DNA of 64,000 nt. Origin: an uncultured Bacteroidales bacterium. Lineage in GTDB: Bacteria > Bacteroidota > Bacteroidia > Bacteroidales > P3. Below are positions 50,244-59,833 of this stretch, one piece after another. Numbering within the stretch: the stretch's first letter is position 1; each line of letters starts with the position of its first letter. Under the pieces are notes generated by a model that was not told the origin of the DNA, did not search any database, and saw nothing but the letters and a program-made list of their open reading frames with translations. Location: NCBI GenBank assembly GCA_900314925.1, contig OMXC01000005.1:34346-98345 (forward strand), given 5' to 3'. The position numbers and the translations under genes were made by a program.

Positions 50244-52109
50244 TTATCTGGCAAATGTGAGAAGCAAAACAGAGATGTCTGCAGGAGACACCCCACTAAT
50301 GCGCGACGCCTGACCGATGGAGACAGGATGGTAACGCCGCAGCTTCTCGCGGGCCTCATAACTGAGCGCCTCGAGCGAGAAGTAATCGAAATCGGGAGGC
50401 AAAGCAATCTCTTCGAACTTCAAAATACGATTGGCCACCTCCTGCTCCTTTTCGATATAACGCTGATACTTTATCGACGTCTCTACCTCCTGCACCACTT
50501 CGGCAGGCAAGGCAGCAACAGCAGTGGCCACTTCGGGAGACAAGACAGAAAGATCACGCAGAGACAACTCGGGGCGAAGCAACAGCGAAGAGAGCTTCAC
50601 GCGCTGAGCCAAGGGAGCCGATGAACGTTCTTCCAACCAAGCATTAGCATCTGACGGAACAACATTAGCCCCTTCGACCAAAGATTCAAGCTCACGAATC
50701 TGACACACCTTCTTCTCAACACGACGCATGCGTTCATCGTCGGCGAGACCGATGGCATGCGCAAGCGGAGTGAGACGCTGGTCGGCATTATCCTGCCTGA
50801 GAAGGATGCGGTATTCGGCACGCGAAGTAAACATACGATAGGGCTCGTCGACACCTTTCGTAACCAAATCATCTATGAGCACACCTATATATGCCTGCGA
50901 CCGACTGAGGACAAAAGGCTTCATTCCATACAGTTTAAGCACCGCATTTACCCCTGCCATCAACCCCTGGCAAGCAGCCTCCTCATACCCCGTTGTGCCA
51001 TTAACCTGCCCTGCGAAGTAAAGATTCTCAACACTCTTGGTTTCAAGGGTATAGGTCAATTGCGTGGGAGGAAAGTAGTCATATTCTATCGCGTAGCCTG
51101 GTTTAAAGATGCTTGCATGCTCTAAACCCCTGATAGTATGGAGCGCAGCAAGCTGAACGTCCAATGGCAAAGAGGAAGAAAAGCCGTTGAGATACCAGCT
51201 CTGGGAGTGCCAACCTTCGGGCTCGACGAACAGCTGATGGTGGTCTTTATCCGAGAAACGCTCAATCTTGTCTTCGATAGAAGGACAATAGCGAGGTCCA
51301 CGCCCCTGAATACGGCCGGTGAACATCGGCGACCGAGAGAATCCGGTACGAAGTATGTCGTGGGTCTTGAGGTTGGTATTAGCCAGATAGCATGACTTTT
51401 GCTCAGTCAAAGGCTTGGTGTCGGAGAAAGAAAACTTGGCTGGACAATCATCGCCAGGCTGCTCCACAAGCTGTGAGAAATCAATCGTACGGCCATCGAT
51501 ACGCACCGGCGTACCAGTCTTGAGACGCTGCACTTCGAAGCCAAGGTCGCGCAACTGGTCGCTCAACCCGACAGCGGGAGCCTCCCCTACCCTACCACCT
51601 TGCCACGAATCCTCGCCAATATAAATTCTGCCATTGAGGAATGTGCCACTGGTGAGCACTACGGCCTTGGCCGGTATCGAGTGCCCCATGCGTGTGGTGA
51701 CACCGGCCACGGCGCCACCGTCTAACAGCAGACCCACAACCTCATCCTGCCACAACGACAAACATGGTATAGACTCAAGCACTTGGCGCCAATTCTGAGA
51801 GAAAAGCATTCGGTCGCATTGAGCACGCGGACTCCACATGGCCGGGCCTTTGGAGAGGTTGAGCATACGGAACTGAAGGGCCGACCGGTCGGTCACTATG
51901 CCCGACCAACCGCCAAGGGCATCAATCTCACGCACTATTTGACCTTTTGCCACACCACCCATAGCCGGGTTGCACGACATCTGGCAGATAGTGTCAAGCA
52001 TCTGCGTCACCAGTAGCACGCGCGCCCCGAGGCGTGCAGCAGCTGCCGCCGCCTCAGCACCAGCGTGACCGGCGCCAACAACAACTATATCATACTGCTC
52101 AAACGTCAT
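50244..52109 (-). CDS. mnmG: tRNA uridine 5-carboxymethylaminomethyl modification enzyme MnmG (GidA)
   Basis: 621 aa with the FAD motif DIVVVGAGHAGAEAA and a conserved GidA core (GPRYCPSIEDK). Confidence 0.96.
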   Translation of the reverse strand: MTFEQYDIVVVGAGHAGAEAAAAAARLGARVLLVTQMLDTICQMSCNPAMGGVAKGQIVREIDALGGWSGIVTDRSALQFRMLNLSKGPAMWSPRAQCDRMLFSQNWRQVLESIPCLSLWQDEVVGLLLDGGAVAGVTTRMGHSIPAKAVVLTSGTFLNGRIYIGEDSWQGGRVGEAPAVGLSDQLRDLGFEVQRLKTGTPVRIDGRTIDFSQLVEQPGDDCPAKFSFSDTKPLTEQKSCYLANTNLKTHDILRTGFSRSPMFTGRIQGRGPRYCPSIEDKIERFSDKDHHQLFVEPEGWHSQSWYLNGFSSSLPLDVQLAALHTIRGLEHASIFKPGYAIEYDYFPPTQLTYTLETKSVENLYFAGQVNGTTGYEEAACQGLMAGVNAVLKLYGMKPFVLSRSQAYIGVLIDDLVTKGVDEPYRMFTSRAEYRILLRQDNADQRLTPLAHAIGLADDERMRRVEKKVCQIRELESLVEGANVVPSDANAWLEERSSAPLAQRVKLSSLLLRPELSLRDLSVLSPEVATAVAALPAEVVQEVETSIKYQRYIEKEQEVANRILKFEEIALPPDFDYFSLEALSYEAREKLRRYHPVSIGQASRISGVSPADISVLLLTFAR

Positions 52110-52121
52110 GGTCTAAGGTAT

Positions 52122-52565
52122 TTATGCTTTATGTTCCTCGTGAAACAAGTCGTTCCACAAGCCAAGGGCCGCCTCTTCCTGCCGCCGCATCTCGCGAGCC
52201 TCACTGTCACTCTTGTCACCCAGCCCAAGGAGATGCAGCACGCCATGGATTATGACACGGTGCAACTCATCAACAAACGGCACGCCGAATTTTTCAGCAT
52301 TATCCCCCACCCTCTCGACACTAATCATAATGTCGCCTGAAATCAAACCACCGGCCACATAGTCGAAAGTGATAATATCAGTGTAGGTGTCATGATCAAG
52401 ATACTGTCGGTTGACCTGAAGAAGGTACGCGTCGTCACAAAAAAGATAGTTGATGTTGCCAACCTGCCTGTCGCGACGTTTTACCACTTCGGCAATCCAT
52501 TTTTGCACTTTTTGCGACTCCGGCACCTCAAAATCTCCAGATTGTGTAGCAAAACGAATAGACAT
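52122..52565 (-). CDS. ybeY: rRNA maturation RNase YbeY
   Basis: 147 aa with the zinc motif HGVLHLLG. Confidence 0.9.
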   Translation of the reverse strand: MSIRFATQSGDFEVPESQKVQKWIAEVVKRRDRQVGNINYLFCDDAYLLQVNRQYLDHDTYTDIITFDYVAGGLISGDIMISVERVGDNAEKFGVPFVDELHRVIIHGVLHLLGLGDKSDSEAREMRRQEEAALGLWNDLFHEEHKA

Positions 52566-52698
52566 ATTACGAGTGTTAATTAGATGATTTTCTGTGAATT
52601 AATGCATATTTAGGCCATTTTATTCCCCTTTTTCCCTGCGTTATTCAGGCGCCTGGACGACAGATGTACCGATTTGGCACCGCAAAACGAGGAATGCG

Positions 52699-53154
52699 TC
52701 AGGCAAGAACCATGGCACGACTGTTCTGAAGGACGGCTATCCGCTGAAGGGCGTCTGTCGGGTCGATACCGGCCACCTCGAACTCCAACCGTACCTGCCG
52801 ACCACCTTCGGAGAAGGTCATTCTGTCGGCGAGCTGTTTCATGATGAAAATACCCTCGCCCTGCACCTCGTCGTTAGCCGGCAAAGTTCCGAACTTCTCA
52901 TAGTCGAAGCCACACCCCTCGTCTGCCACCTCGACATAGATGCCACCGCGACAAAGGCCGAGGGTGACAGCGACTCGTTTGCTGGCATCGCCCTGGTTGC
53001 CATGCACGATGGCGTTTTCCACCGCCTGCATGGTTGCCACCGAGATCGCCGAACAGTAGTTGCCTACATTACACTGGCGACAAAAATGGAACAATCGCTC
53101 CTCCACCTCGGGCATATTAACCATATCGGACTGTATAACAAACGATTCCTTCAT
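52699..53154 (-). CDS. Anti-sigma regulatory factor-type Ser/Thr kinase (RsbW/SpoIIAB-like HATPase)
   Basis: I place the start at MKESFVIQS. The N-box is AVENAIVHGN and the G1 box is VADEGCGFD. A -7 box (TATATTTG) lies at 53179-53186. Confidence 0.7.
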   Translation of the reverse strand: MKESFVIQSDMVNMPEVEERLFHFCRQCNVGNYCSAISVATMQAVENAIVHGNQGDASKRVAVTLGLCRGGIYVEVADEGCGFDYEKFGTLPANDEVQGEGIFIMKQLADRMTFSEGGRQVRLEFEVAGIDPTDALQRIAVLQNSRAMVLA

Positions 53155-53295
53155 GACGTGTATCTTCTTATCCAAATGCAAATATACACAATATTTGTCA
53201 ATGGGTGGCACATTATTTACAAACAGCACACAACCGCTTGTCAACCAGCACAAACCATGTTTCTGTCCCGGATATGGGCAAACCCGTCCCGCAAT

Positions 53296-53392
53296 GGAGT
53301 CCCTTCGGACCCCCTACGGACCCCCTTCGGCATTTCTTCAGTGGAAGGCCGTAGAAAGGCCGAAGGGGGGCCGAAGGGACTCCGTAGGGGCG
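53296..53392. repeat. GC-rich palindromic repeat element, copy A
   Basis: ggagtcccttcgg...ccgaagggactcc gives perfect 13-bp outer arms. A 57-nt core (53306-53362) is identical to 62433-62489. Confidence 0.9.
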
Positions 53393-53403
53393 GCGAATAA
53401 AAA

Positions 53404-56400
53404 TTAATGGAAGAAATAGTCGTTCACCTTCTGCCGGTAATAAGGCTGCAGGGTGGGGGGGACGGTGCGCAGCTGGTCGTCGGCCGGACGTGTTTGCCGG
53501 TTGTATTTTTCAATCTCCTCGGGCGAGGGCTGGCTGTAGAGCTCCTCGGCTTCGCGGCTTTCGCGTCGCTCTTCACGTTCACGCTGCATCTCGGCCTTTT
53601 CGTGCTCGAGCAGGCGTGTCATTATCTGCTGCTGGCGGGCTATGGTCTGCTTGGTGATGGTACGGTTGACAAGGTCTGTCTCCGTCTGTTCCATCTGGCG
53701 CATCATCTGGTCAATCTCGCGCGCCAGCTTGCCGTTGGCGGCATCGCCTTCCTTGAGCTCCTGTCCGTATTCCTGCATCATGCGACGTATCATCTCCTGC
53801 TGTGCCGCCATTTTGGCGAACTCTTCGCTGACAGACTGCCCCTGGCCTATCTGGTGGCGTCCGCCGGGCTTCTTGCCCTGCTTGTCGAGCTGTTTCTTCA
53901 GGGCTTCCATCTGACGGTTAAGCTCCTGCTGCATCTGACGCATGGATTTGGGCGAAGGTTTACTGCCGGGATTGTTGCATTGCTGGCTCGTCTTGCCCGT
54001 TTTTTTGCACTGCCCGCTGCGCATCCTCTGGTTGTTCTGGCGCATCTCGTTTTGCATCTGGTCGAGGCTTTCGGCCAGCACGAGGGCGAGGTTGTTGAGC
54101 GACGTCATGCTGTATTGCATAGAAGTGGCGGCCGCCGTGTTGCGGTAATTGCCATAGAAACTCTGATTCATGTCGAGCAAACCGTTGAGGGAGCGGCTGA
54201 TGCCATTGTTCACCTCTGCGAGATCCTTGCTTATTGCCGAGGCAACACTCACTTGGCGACGGACCATGGAGCGCAACGAATCCTCAACGCCGCGGAAATC
54301 GTCCTTGATGCGGTTCTGGCGCGAAATAATAGTCTGGTATCGTGGGTCTTGTATATATATTGTGCCAATATCTGTGATGAGTTCCTCCTGGTTGAACGAG
54401 AGACGCACAAGATTCTTAAGCAGCTGGCGCACCTGCTCGGCATCCTCGGCCAGATCCTGCTGCTCAGCGTCCACTTCGGCTTCGGCCAAGGCCTCGCTTA
54501 GCTTCTCCATGCTCTCGGCGGCATCGCGCTGTTTCTGAGCAGCATCCTTGTTCTTGCCCTTTTGCAGACTCTGACGGGCTTCTTTCTGCTGTTGCTCCAC
54601 CTGCTGTTCGAGGTCCTGCGGCACACGAAACTCGGTGCTCGGATCAAGGTTCCTGTAGTCTTGTTTTATCTGGTCAATATCCTTCTTTAGCTGTTGAAAC
54701 TTCTCATCCACAGCCTGTTGCTTCTTCAGCAAATCTTCACGCTCCTTGCCTCGCGCCTGCTCCGTTTCACGCGAAACATCGCGTTGTTCCTGTGCCAGCT
54801 TGTCCATGCGCTGGATGGTCTGCTCCACCTTCTTCTCTATTTCAAGACGCTTCATCAGTTCGATGTTCTGGTCGAGCTGCTTCTCAAGCTCCGCGTTGTC
54901 CATCTTGAGCTGCTCCAGCTGCTGTTGCATCTGCTTCTTGTCGAGCTCTTTCATCATACGCTCAATCTCCGCCATGGTCTCCTTCATCTTCTCGTCCATC
55001 ACCTCGTTCATGAGGCGGTCCAGCTCGCGCTGCTTCTCCATGAGCTGCTCGCTCTGTTCGCGGTATTTCTGCTCCAGGCGGTTGTTCTCCTTGATCTGCT
55101 GTTGCATCTGCTGCATCATCTGGCGCACCTGCTTCTGCTTCTCGGCCAACTGCTCCAAGTCCTTCTTTTCCTGCCAGCCAAGCTCCTTTTTATCCACCAG
55201 TTTGCGCATCATCTCGTTTATCTCCTCCTGCAGTTTTTTAAGCTCGGACATCTGGCTTTCTGCGCTTTGACGCACGTCCGTCGAGCTTTGTTCCAACAGA
55301 CTGTCGAGCTCGTCGGCTGTAGGCACCTTGATTTCAAACACCTGCGAGCGCGACGTCTTCGGGCCGTGGATAGCGTCGTTGTCCGACACCTCGAACCAGT
55401 AGGAGAGGACGTCGCCGGGGCCCAAGGGGAGCTCGGCGGCATTGAAAGAGAAGTAGAACTCCTGCGACGCACCCTCGCCAAGGGCAATTTCAGCCTCGCT
55501 GACGGCCTTTCGGGACGTGTCCGAAGGATTGTCGGTCTTGTGTACAAACACGAGCCTGGAGAAGCCGTAATCGTCTTTTATGCGCCCGCGGAACAGAGAG
55601 CGGTCGGGGTGGAGCGTATCCGTAAGCTCGTCGACCGCAATCTGCGGCATAGCATCGGCAATGGCGGAGAGGGTATAGCGAAGAGTGTCGGAGGTGGTGT
55701 GTGTGCTGCTGGCACAAAAAGCGTAGGCCGTTGTCTGCATGATGCGACGCCCGACCTCGGCGCGCCCGTTGGCGTCGGTGCCGACACGGGCTTCCGCACC
55801 GTCGCAGACAAACGAGAGGCTGTCGGCATCCTGTGTCTGGAAGAGCCAGCGCACCTGCGTGCCCTCCGGCACCGCAGCGTCGCCGAGGTTGAGCACCGTC
55901 TCGGCCTCACGGCCTGTGTAAGATGGGTAGGTGAGAAGCATGCGGAAGGAAAGCACGCTGGGGTTGGGGAGCATGGTGAGAGTGTACTGCGGAGAGACGA
56001 CGCCACCGCCTTCGAGGCTGAACGTCTGCGACCGGGCTACATGGCGGAATGTGTACTCGAAGAGGGTGGGGGAGATGCGTTCCATCCTGTAGCGGCGCCC
56101 GTCGATGTTGATATACGCTTCAGCAGGCAGTGCCTCGCCGTCCACGCTGACGGAGAGCTGATAATCATGGCCAGGCCACACGACGAGGGACTCGTTCTCA
56201 ACGGTGAAGCGGAACGGTGCCGGACGCTCGTAGGCTGTACTGTAGTTCACAATACGCTTGGATGGTTCGGTGACCGTCTGCGGAGCAGCAATCAGAAGTG
56301 TGGCTATCACGACAAGCGGCGGCAGGGCATACTTGAGGTAGCGGCGGTTGGCGCGGAGGTTGATGGCGTTGAGCATAGGCACCGGCTTGAGCTGGGCTGT

Positions 56401-56796
56401 CTTCTGCTCAACAGCAGCCAAAAGGAGTGCGCTGTCACCGCCTCCCTCCCGCATGAGTTGCAGGAGGTTGAGAAGCTTGTCGCTGACCTCTGGGAAATGG
56501 CGTCCTATGATGACGGCAGCCTGCTCGTGGGTGATACGCTTGCCGAGGCCGTACATCTTGAGCAGAGGCCTCGCCACAAACCACGCCAACGTAGTTATCA
56601 CGGCCGCCAAACCTATCCAAAAAACAAGACCGCGGCCAAGGGAAGACATCCAGCCGAAATACTCGAGCAGCACCGCGACAAGGAAGATGATGGCCACAAG
56701 GCCTACAGCAGACAGCAGACCCTTTATCAGGAGGTTCTTGTAGTACTTCCTGATGAAAGCGTCGAGGGCGGATATTATGTCCTGCTGCGGCTTCAT
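53404..56796 (-). CDS. Large membrane-anchored coiled-coil protein (possibly DUF4175-like)
   Basis: 1130 aa with two N-terminal TM helices, a central beta-rich region and a C-terminal half dominated by Q/E/K/M heptad-like coiled coil. The family name is tentative. Confidence 0.6.
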   Translation of the reverse strand: MKPQQDIISALDAFIRKYYKNLLIKGLLSAVGLVAIIFLVAVLLEYFGWMSSLGRGLVFWIGLAAVITTLAWFVARPLLKMYGLGKRITHEQAAVIIGRHFPEVSDKLLNLLQLMREGGGDSALLLAAVEQKTAQLKPVPMLNAINLRANRRYLKYALPPLVVIATLLIAAPQTVTEPSKRIVNYSTAYERPAPFRFTVENESLVVWPGHDYQLSVSVDGEALPAEAYINIDGRRYRMERISPTLFEYTFRHVARSQTFSLEGGGVVSPQYTLTMLPNPSVLSFRMLLTYPSYTGREAETVLNLGDAAVPEGTQVRWLFQTQDADSLSFVCDGAEARVGTDANGRAEVGRRIMQTTAYAFCASSTHTTSDTLRYTLSAIADAMPQIAVDELTDTLHPDRSLFRGRIKDDYGFSRLVFVHKTDNPSDTSRKAVSEAEIALGEGASQEFYFSFNAAELPLGPGDVLSYWFEVSDNDAIHGPKTSRSQVFEIKVPTADELDSLLEQSSTDVRQSAESQMSELKKLQEEINEMMRKLVDKKELGWQEKKDLEQLAEKQKQVRQMMQQMQQQIKENNRLEQKYREQSEQLMEKQRELDRLMNEVMDEKMKETMAEIERMMKELDKKQMQQQLEQLKMDNAELEKQLDQNIELMKRLEIEKKVEQTIQRMDKLAQEQRDVSRETEQARGKEREDLLKKQQAVDEKFQQLKKDIDQIKQDYRNLDPSTEFRVPQDLEQQVEQQQKEARQSLQKGKNKDAAQKQRDAAESMEKLSEALAEAEVDAEQQDLAEDAEQVRQLLKNLVRLSFNQEELITDIGTIYIQDPRYQTIISRQNRIKDDFRGVEDSLRSMVRRQVSVASAISKDLAEVNNGISRSLNGLLDMNQSFYGNYRNTAAATSMQYSMTSLNNLALVLAESLDQMQNEMRQNNQRMRSGQCKKTGKTSQQCNNPGSKPSPKSMRQMQQELNRQMEALKKQLDKQGKKPGGRHQIGQGQSVSEEFAKMAAQQEMIRRMMQEYGQELKEGDAANGKLAREIDQMMRQMEQTETDLVNRTITKQTIARQQQIMTRLLEHEKAEMQREREERRESREAEELYSQPSPEEIEKYNRQTRPADDQLRTVPPTLQPYYRQKVNDYFFH

Positions 56797-56854
56797 CTGC
56801 TTGCTTTTGGGTGTGCAAAAATACGAATAATTTTACAACCTATAAAATAATTCG

Positions 56855-56862
56855 TATCTTTG
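56855..56862 (+). promoter_or_regulatory. -7 promoter box (TATCTTTG) of the SDR gene; a divergent TATTTTTG box lies at 56816-56823 (-)
   Basis: ttcgTATCTTTGcaaaa lies 20 nt upstream of the ATG at 56882. On the minus strand, TATTTTTG lies 20 nt upstream of the start at 56796. Confidence 0.55.
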
Positions 56863-56881
56863 CAAAAATTTTCAAGCAGTT

Positions 56882-57685
56882 ATGGAGCAACAGGTAATCA
56901 TCATCACAGGTGCATCGTCGGGCTTTGGCAAAGCCACCGCGGAGATACTTTCAGCCAAGGGACATATAGTCTACGGTCTCTGCCGCCGCGAGATGCAGGA
57001 CAGCGATATCCGCTACCGGCAGTGCGACGTGCGCAACCGCGAGCAGATTGCCACAGTGGTGGCGGAAATAGTGAAAGAGCAGGGCAGGGTGGACGTCCTC
57101 ATCAACAACGCCGGCATGGGCATCGGCGGCGCGCTGGAGCTGGCCACCGACGAGGAGATAGACCTGCAGATGGGCACCAACTTCATGGGCTGCGTGAACA
57201 TGTGCCAGGCAGTATTGCCCTACATGCGCAAAGCACGGCGCGGCAAGATAATAAACCTCAGTTCTATAGGCGGCGTGATGGGATTGCCTTACCAAGGCTT
57301 CTACTCCGCCTCCAAGTTCGCCATCGAAGGCTTCACCGAGGCCCTTGCCGCCGAAGTCACAGGCTTCGGCATACGCGTCTGCATGGTTGAGCCTGGAGAC
57401 TTCGCCACAGGCTTCACCGGCAGCCGCAAGAACAGCCAGGCCACCATGGACGACCCTGACTACGGCCCCATCTTCAAACGTAGCCTCGCCATCATTGAGA
57501 AAGAGGAGAATGGCGGCTTACAGCCTGAGGTGCTGGCTCGCCGCATAGTGAAACTTGTGGAGAAAAAGAAACCGCCGCTGCGCAACGTCGTGGCTAACCT
57601 CGAGCAGTGGCTCTCCACCGTCATCAAACGCGTGCTGACGGGCAACCAAATGGTAGGAATACTGAGGGATTACTACAAGAGCTAA
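56882..57685 (+). CDS. SDR family oxidoreductase
   Basis: 267 aa with TGASSGFG, NNAG and the YSASK catalytic motif. Confidence 0.9.
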   Translation: MEQQVIIITGASSGFGKATAEILSAKGHIVYGLCRREMQDSDIRYRQCDVRNREQIATVVAEIVKEQGRVDVLINNAGMGIGGALELATDEEIDLQMGTNFMGCVNMCQAVLPYMRKARRGKIINLSSIGGVMGLPYQGFYSASKFAIEGFTEALAAEVTGFGIRVCMVEPGDFATGFTGSRKNSQATMDDPDYGPIFKRSLAIIEKEENGGLQPEVLARRIVKLVEKKKPPLRNVVANLEQWLSTVIKRVLTGNQMVGILRDYYKS

Positions 57686-57754
57686 TCAGCATTGTTGCCC
57701 AGCAGTACCATCTTGTACAGCATATTTTAGCCTACATTAAGGACGGGCTACAGA

Positions 57755-57798
57755 CCGTCTACTAGCCGTTTACTAGCCGTTTACTAGCCGTCTAGAGG
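57755..57798 (-). repeat. 11-bp tandem array (4 units), reverse complement related to the array at 13946-13978
   Basis: The plus strand reads ccgtctactag ccgtttactag ccgtttactag ccgtctagagg. The reverse-complement unit ACGGCTAGTAA compares with ACGGCTACTAA at the other locus. Confidence 0.9.
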
Positions 57799-57901
57799 CT
57801 GTTTTGTCAATGAATATGCGGTAAAGAATGGTCATTCTCTTTAGTAAGGGCTGTAGGACAGTGTGTTATGGTTATGGGGAGTTTGGGGAAGGTTGTTTGA
57901 A

Positions 57902-58036
57902 GGGGGACAGAGGACAGTTGGGACAGTTCAAAATATAGCTTACCAAACCAAAAATAATTTCTATATCTAGATATAGATGTATAATTACGTGGTGTATGGC
58001 TTAAAAACTAACTGTCCCAACTGTCCCCTGTCCCCC
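57902..58036. repeat. 27-bp inverted repeats (26/27) flanking an 81-bp AT-rich segment
   Basis: gggggacagaggacagttgggacagtt ... aactgtcccaactgtcccctgtccccc. The loop contains the perfect 18-bp palindrome tctatatctagatataga (57960-57977). Confidence 0.9.
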
Positions 58037-58087
58037 ATAAGTCCTCGACCACGTAGCACCGCAGAGTGAAAAATATTACCAAAAGAG

Positions 58088-58765
58088 CTAAAACTTAATG
58101 CCCAATATCCATATCTTGTAATCAACCGCAGTGCTATCGGATGCAGGGTGGTATACCTCGGGGTATATCAACTCGAAGGGGGAAGTGATGTTGTAGCCCA
58201 TCGCCTTGAGCTTATAGAAGAGTTTGTAACGGCTGAACCAAAAACTTATATCGGGATTCCTTACTGGATCCATCTGTCCGCTGAGGTTCCACAGGCGCTC
58301 ATCGTCAGGGTCGGTGATGAGCAGACCCATCTTGGCCAATAAGGAATGTCTGTGCGAATAAATCAGCACCGGTCGAAGATACTTTATCTTTCCATCGGCA
58401 TATTGCGGCAACGCATCATTATTGCCATCGTCGGACGGCGGCAGCACTACCGAGCGTACCCAAGTGTCCCTCTCTATATGCAACCCTTTGTAGTGCATCA
58501 ACGTGTCGCCAAACTGCAGCACAAGAACAGAATAGGTACCAGCGGCAATCGGCGGCAGAGTATAGTTGCCGGCATAGTCGGTCACCGCCATCGCCCGACT
58601 CCGCCCGTCCTGCATCAGGTGCACGAAGCAGAAGGGTAGGGGGTTGCCGTCGGCACCGTTGATCACAACACCCGTCACCGTAAGCCAGCCGCCCACATCC
58701 TGTGCTTTGGCTACAGGAAGCACCGCCAAGGCTATCAACAGCATTATATGTCTCATGGTCAGCAT
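58088..58765 (-). CDS. Secreted carboxypeptidase-regulatory-like domain protein
   Basis: 225 aa with a signal peptide. LTVTGVVINGADGNPLPF..V.L...G......TD..G.YTLP..AGTY is a CarboxypepD_reg-like pattern. Lies 3 nt downstream of the sigma-fusion gene. Confidence 0.6.
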   Translation of the reverse strand: MLTMRHIMLLIALAVLPVAKAQDVGGWLTVTGVVINGADGNPLPFCFVHLMQDGRSRAMAVTDYAGNYTLPPIAAGTYSVLVLQFGDTLMHYKGLHIERDTWVRSVVLPPSDDGNNDALPQYADGKIKYLRPVLIYSHRHSLLAKMGLLITDPDDERLWNLSGQMDPVRNPDISFWFSRYKLFYKLKAMGYNITSPFELIYPEVYHPASDSTAVDYKIWILGIKF

Positions 58766-58768
58766 GCT

Positions 58769-59752
58769 TTACAGAGATATAGTCACTGCCGGACGGCGGC
58801 CGACATGTATGCGATAATCCATGTTGCAGCGAGGGAAAAGGTCGATCACACAGAAGCCGTGGCACACCTGCGACGACACAAGCACGCCGCTCTTTTGGTA
58901 CACGCTCACCGTCTCGCCGTAGACACCCGTGACAATAAGCTTGTTGCCGCTGACCCATATTGTTGGTTCCGGCGGCAAAGAGGTCAACACCGACGGCATG
59001 GTGTCGCTTTCTTCGTTGATGACTGAGAGGATGGTCAGCGCGTCGGCATCAGGCATGCGTTCCTCTGCCAACGACCGCAAAGCAGCAGGCTCGACAACAG
59101 GCGCCACGTCCGCATCCTCCACGTTTGGCGGCATGACATTCCCCTTGGCAGGCTCCTCACGCGACGGAACAGACTCTTCCTCGTGATTCTCTGCTCCGCC
59201 GAATACAGTACTGCGCCACTGCGGCACAACGGCAACGGCCAACCCCGAAGCCAGAAGCACCAACAAGAGCAGCAACACAAACCGGCGGGCCTTGGCGATG
59301 GCGCGGTGCAGCCTCTGATAGACGGCATCGCGGCTGAGGCTCATTATGGCGGCAATCTCGTCGGCATGGTAGCCATCGAGGTACAGACGCACAAGCCGCT
59401 GGTCGTCGGCCGTGAGGAAGGCCATCAGATGCTCTATTTCCTCCTTCTGCTGCGACGGATTGTCGTCGGCGAGGGTTTCCTCCATCAAGGCAGTCAAAGG
59501 CAGCAGGGAGGGCTTCTGGCGACGTCGCAGCAGGTCGAGCGACGAACGGCACTGCCAATACACCCACGAACGCTCCTCGCCGGGAGAGGCATCGGCACGC
59601 AACGCATCCATGCGCAGCCACAACACTATAGAGACTTCCTGCACCAAGTCGTTGCAGCGAGACCTGTCGCCCCTGGCGGCAACCCAGCACATGCGCCACA
59701 CCATGGCATGATGGCGTTGTAGCAGCTCCGTGTATGCACACTGACGGTTCAT
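58769..59752 (-). CDS. ECF sigma-70 domain fused to a TM helix and extracytoplasmic C-terminal domain (paralogue 1)
   Basis: I place the start at MNRQCAYTELL (alternative MFMNRQ at 59758). Region 2 is DLVQEVSIVLWLR, the region 4 HTH is ADEIAAIMSLSRDAVYQRLHRA, and the TM helix is FVLLLLLVLLASGLAVAVV. About 150 further aa follow. Confidence 0.75.
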   Translation of the reverse strand: MNRQCAYTELLQRHHAMVWRMCWVAARGDRSRCNDLVQEVSIVLWLRMDALRADASPGEERSWVYWQCRSSLDLLRRRQKPSLLPLTALMEETLADDNPSQQKEEIEHLMAFLTADDQRLVRLYLDGYHADEIAAIMSLSRDAVYQRLHRAIAKARRFVLLLLLVLLASGLAVAVVPQWRSTVFGGAENHEEESVPSREEPAKGNVMPPNVEDADVAPVVEPAALRSLAEERMPDADALTILSVINEESDTMPSVLTSLPPEPTIWVSGNKLIVTGVYGETVSVYQKSGVLVSSQVCHGFCVIDLFPRCNMDYRIHVGRRPAVTISL

Positions 59753-59756
59753 AAAC

Positions 59757-59789
59757 ATATAATACACCATCGGTGGCCAAAATCTGACA
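59757..59789 (-). promoter_or_regulatory. Conserved 33-nt upstream motif, copy a (sigma-fusion paralogue 1)
   Basis: The minus strand reads tgtcagattttggccaccgatggtgtattatat. A TATTTTTG -7 box lies just upstream at 59798-59805. Confidence 0.7.
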
Positions 59790-59833
59790 CCCGGGTGCAA
59801 AAATACTGATTTTTTTGCTTTTTATGCCTTTTA

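Noticed and set aside
54694-56850. 718-aa plus-strand ORF (and 53407-54501, 364 aa) opposite the 1130-aa coiled-coil gene.
   Set aside because: These are Leu/His/Val-rich mirror images of a Q/E/K-rich coiled coil. They have no start context, whereas the minus-strand gene has a -7 box and TM helices.
57902-58036. Calling the 27-bp inverted-repeat structure a phase-variable invertible promoter.
   Set aside because: It lies between two convergent gene ends, contains no exact TAnnTTTG box, and has no nearby invertase gene. It is kept as an open finding (MITE, terminator or inverton) rather than annotated as an inverton.
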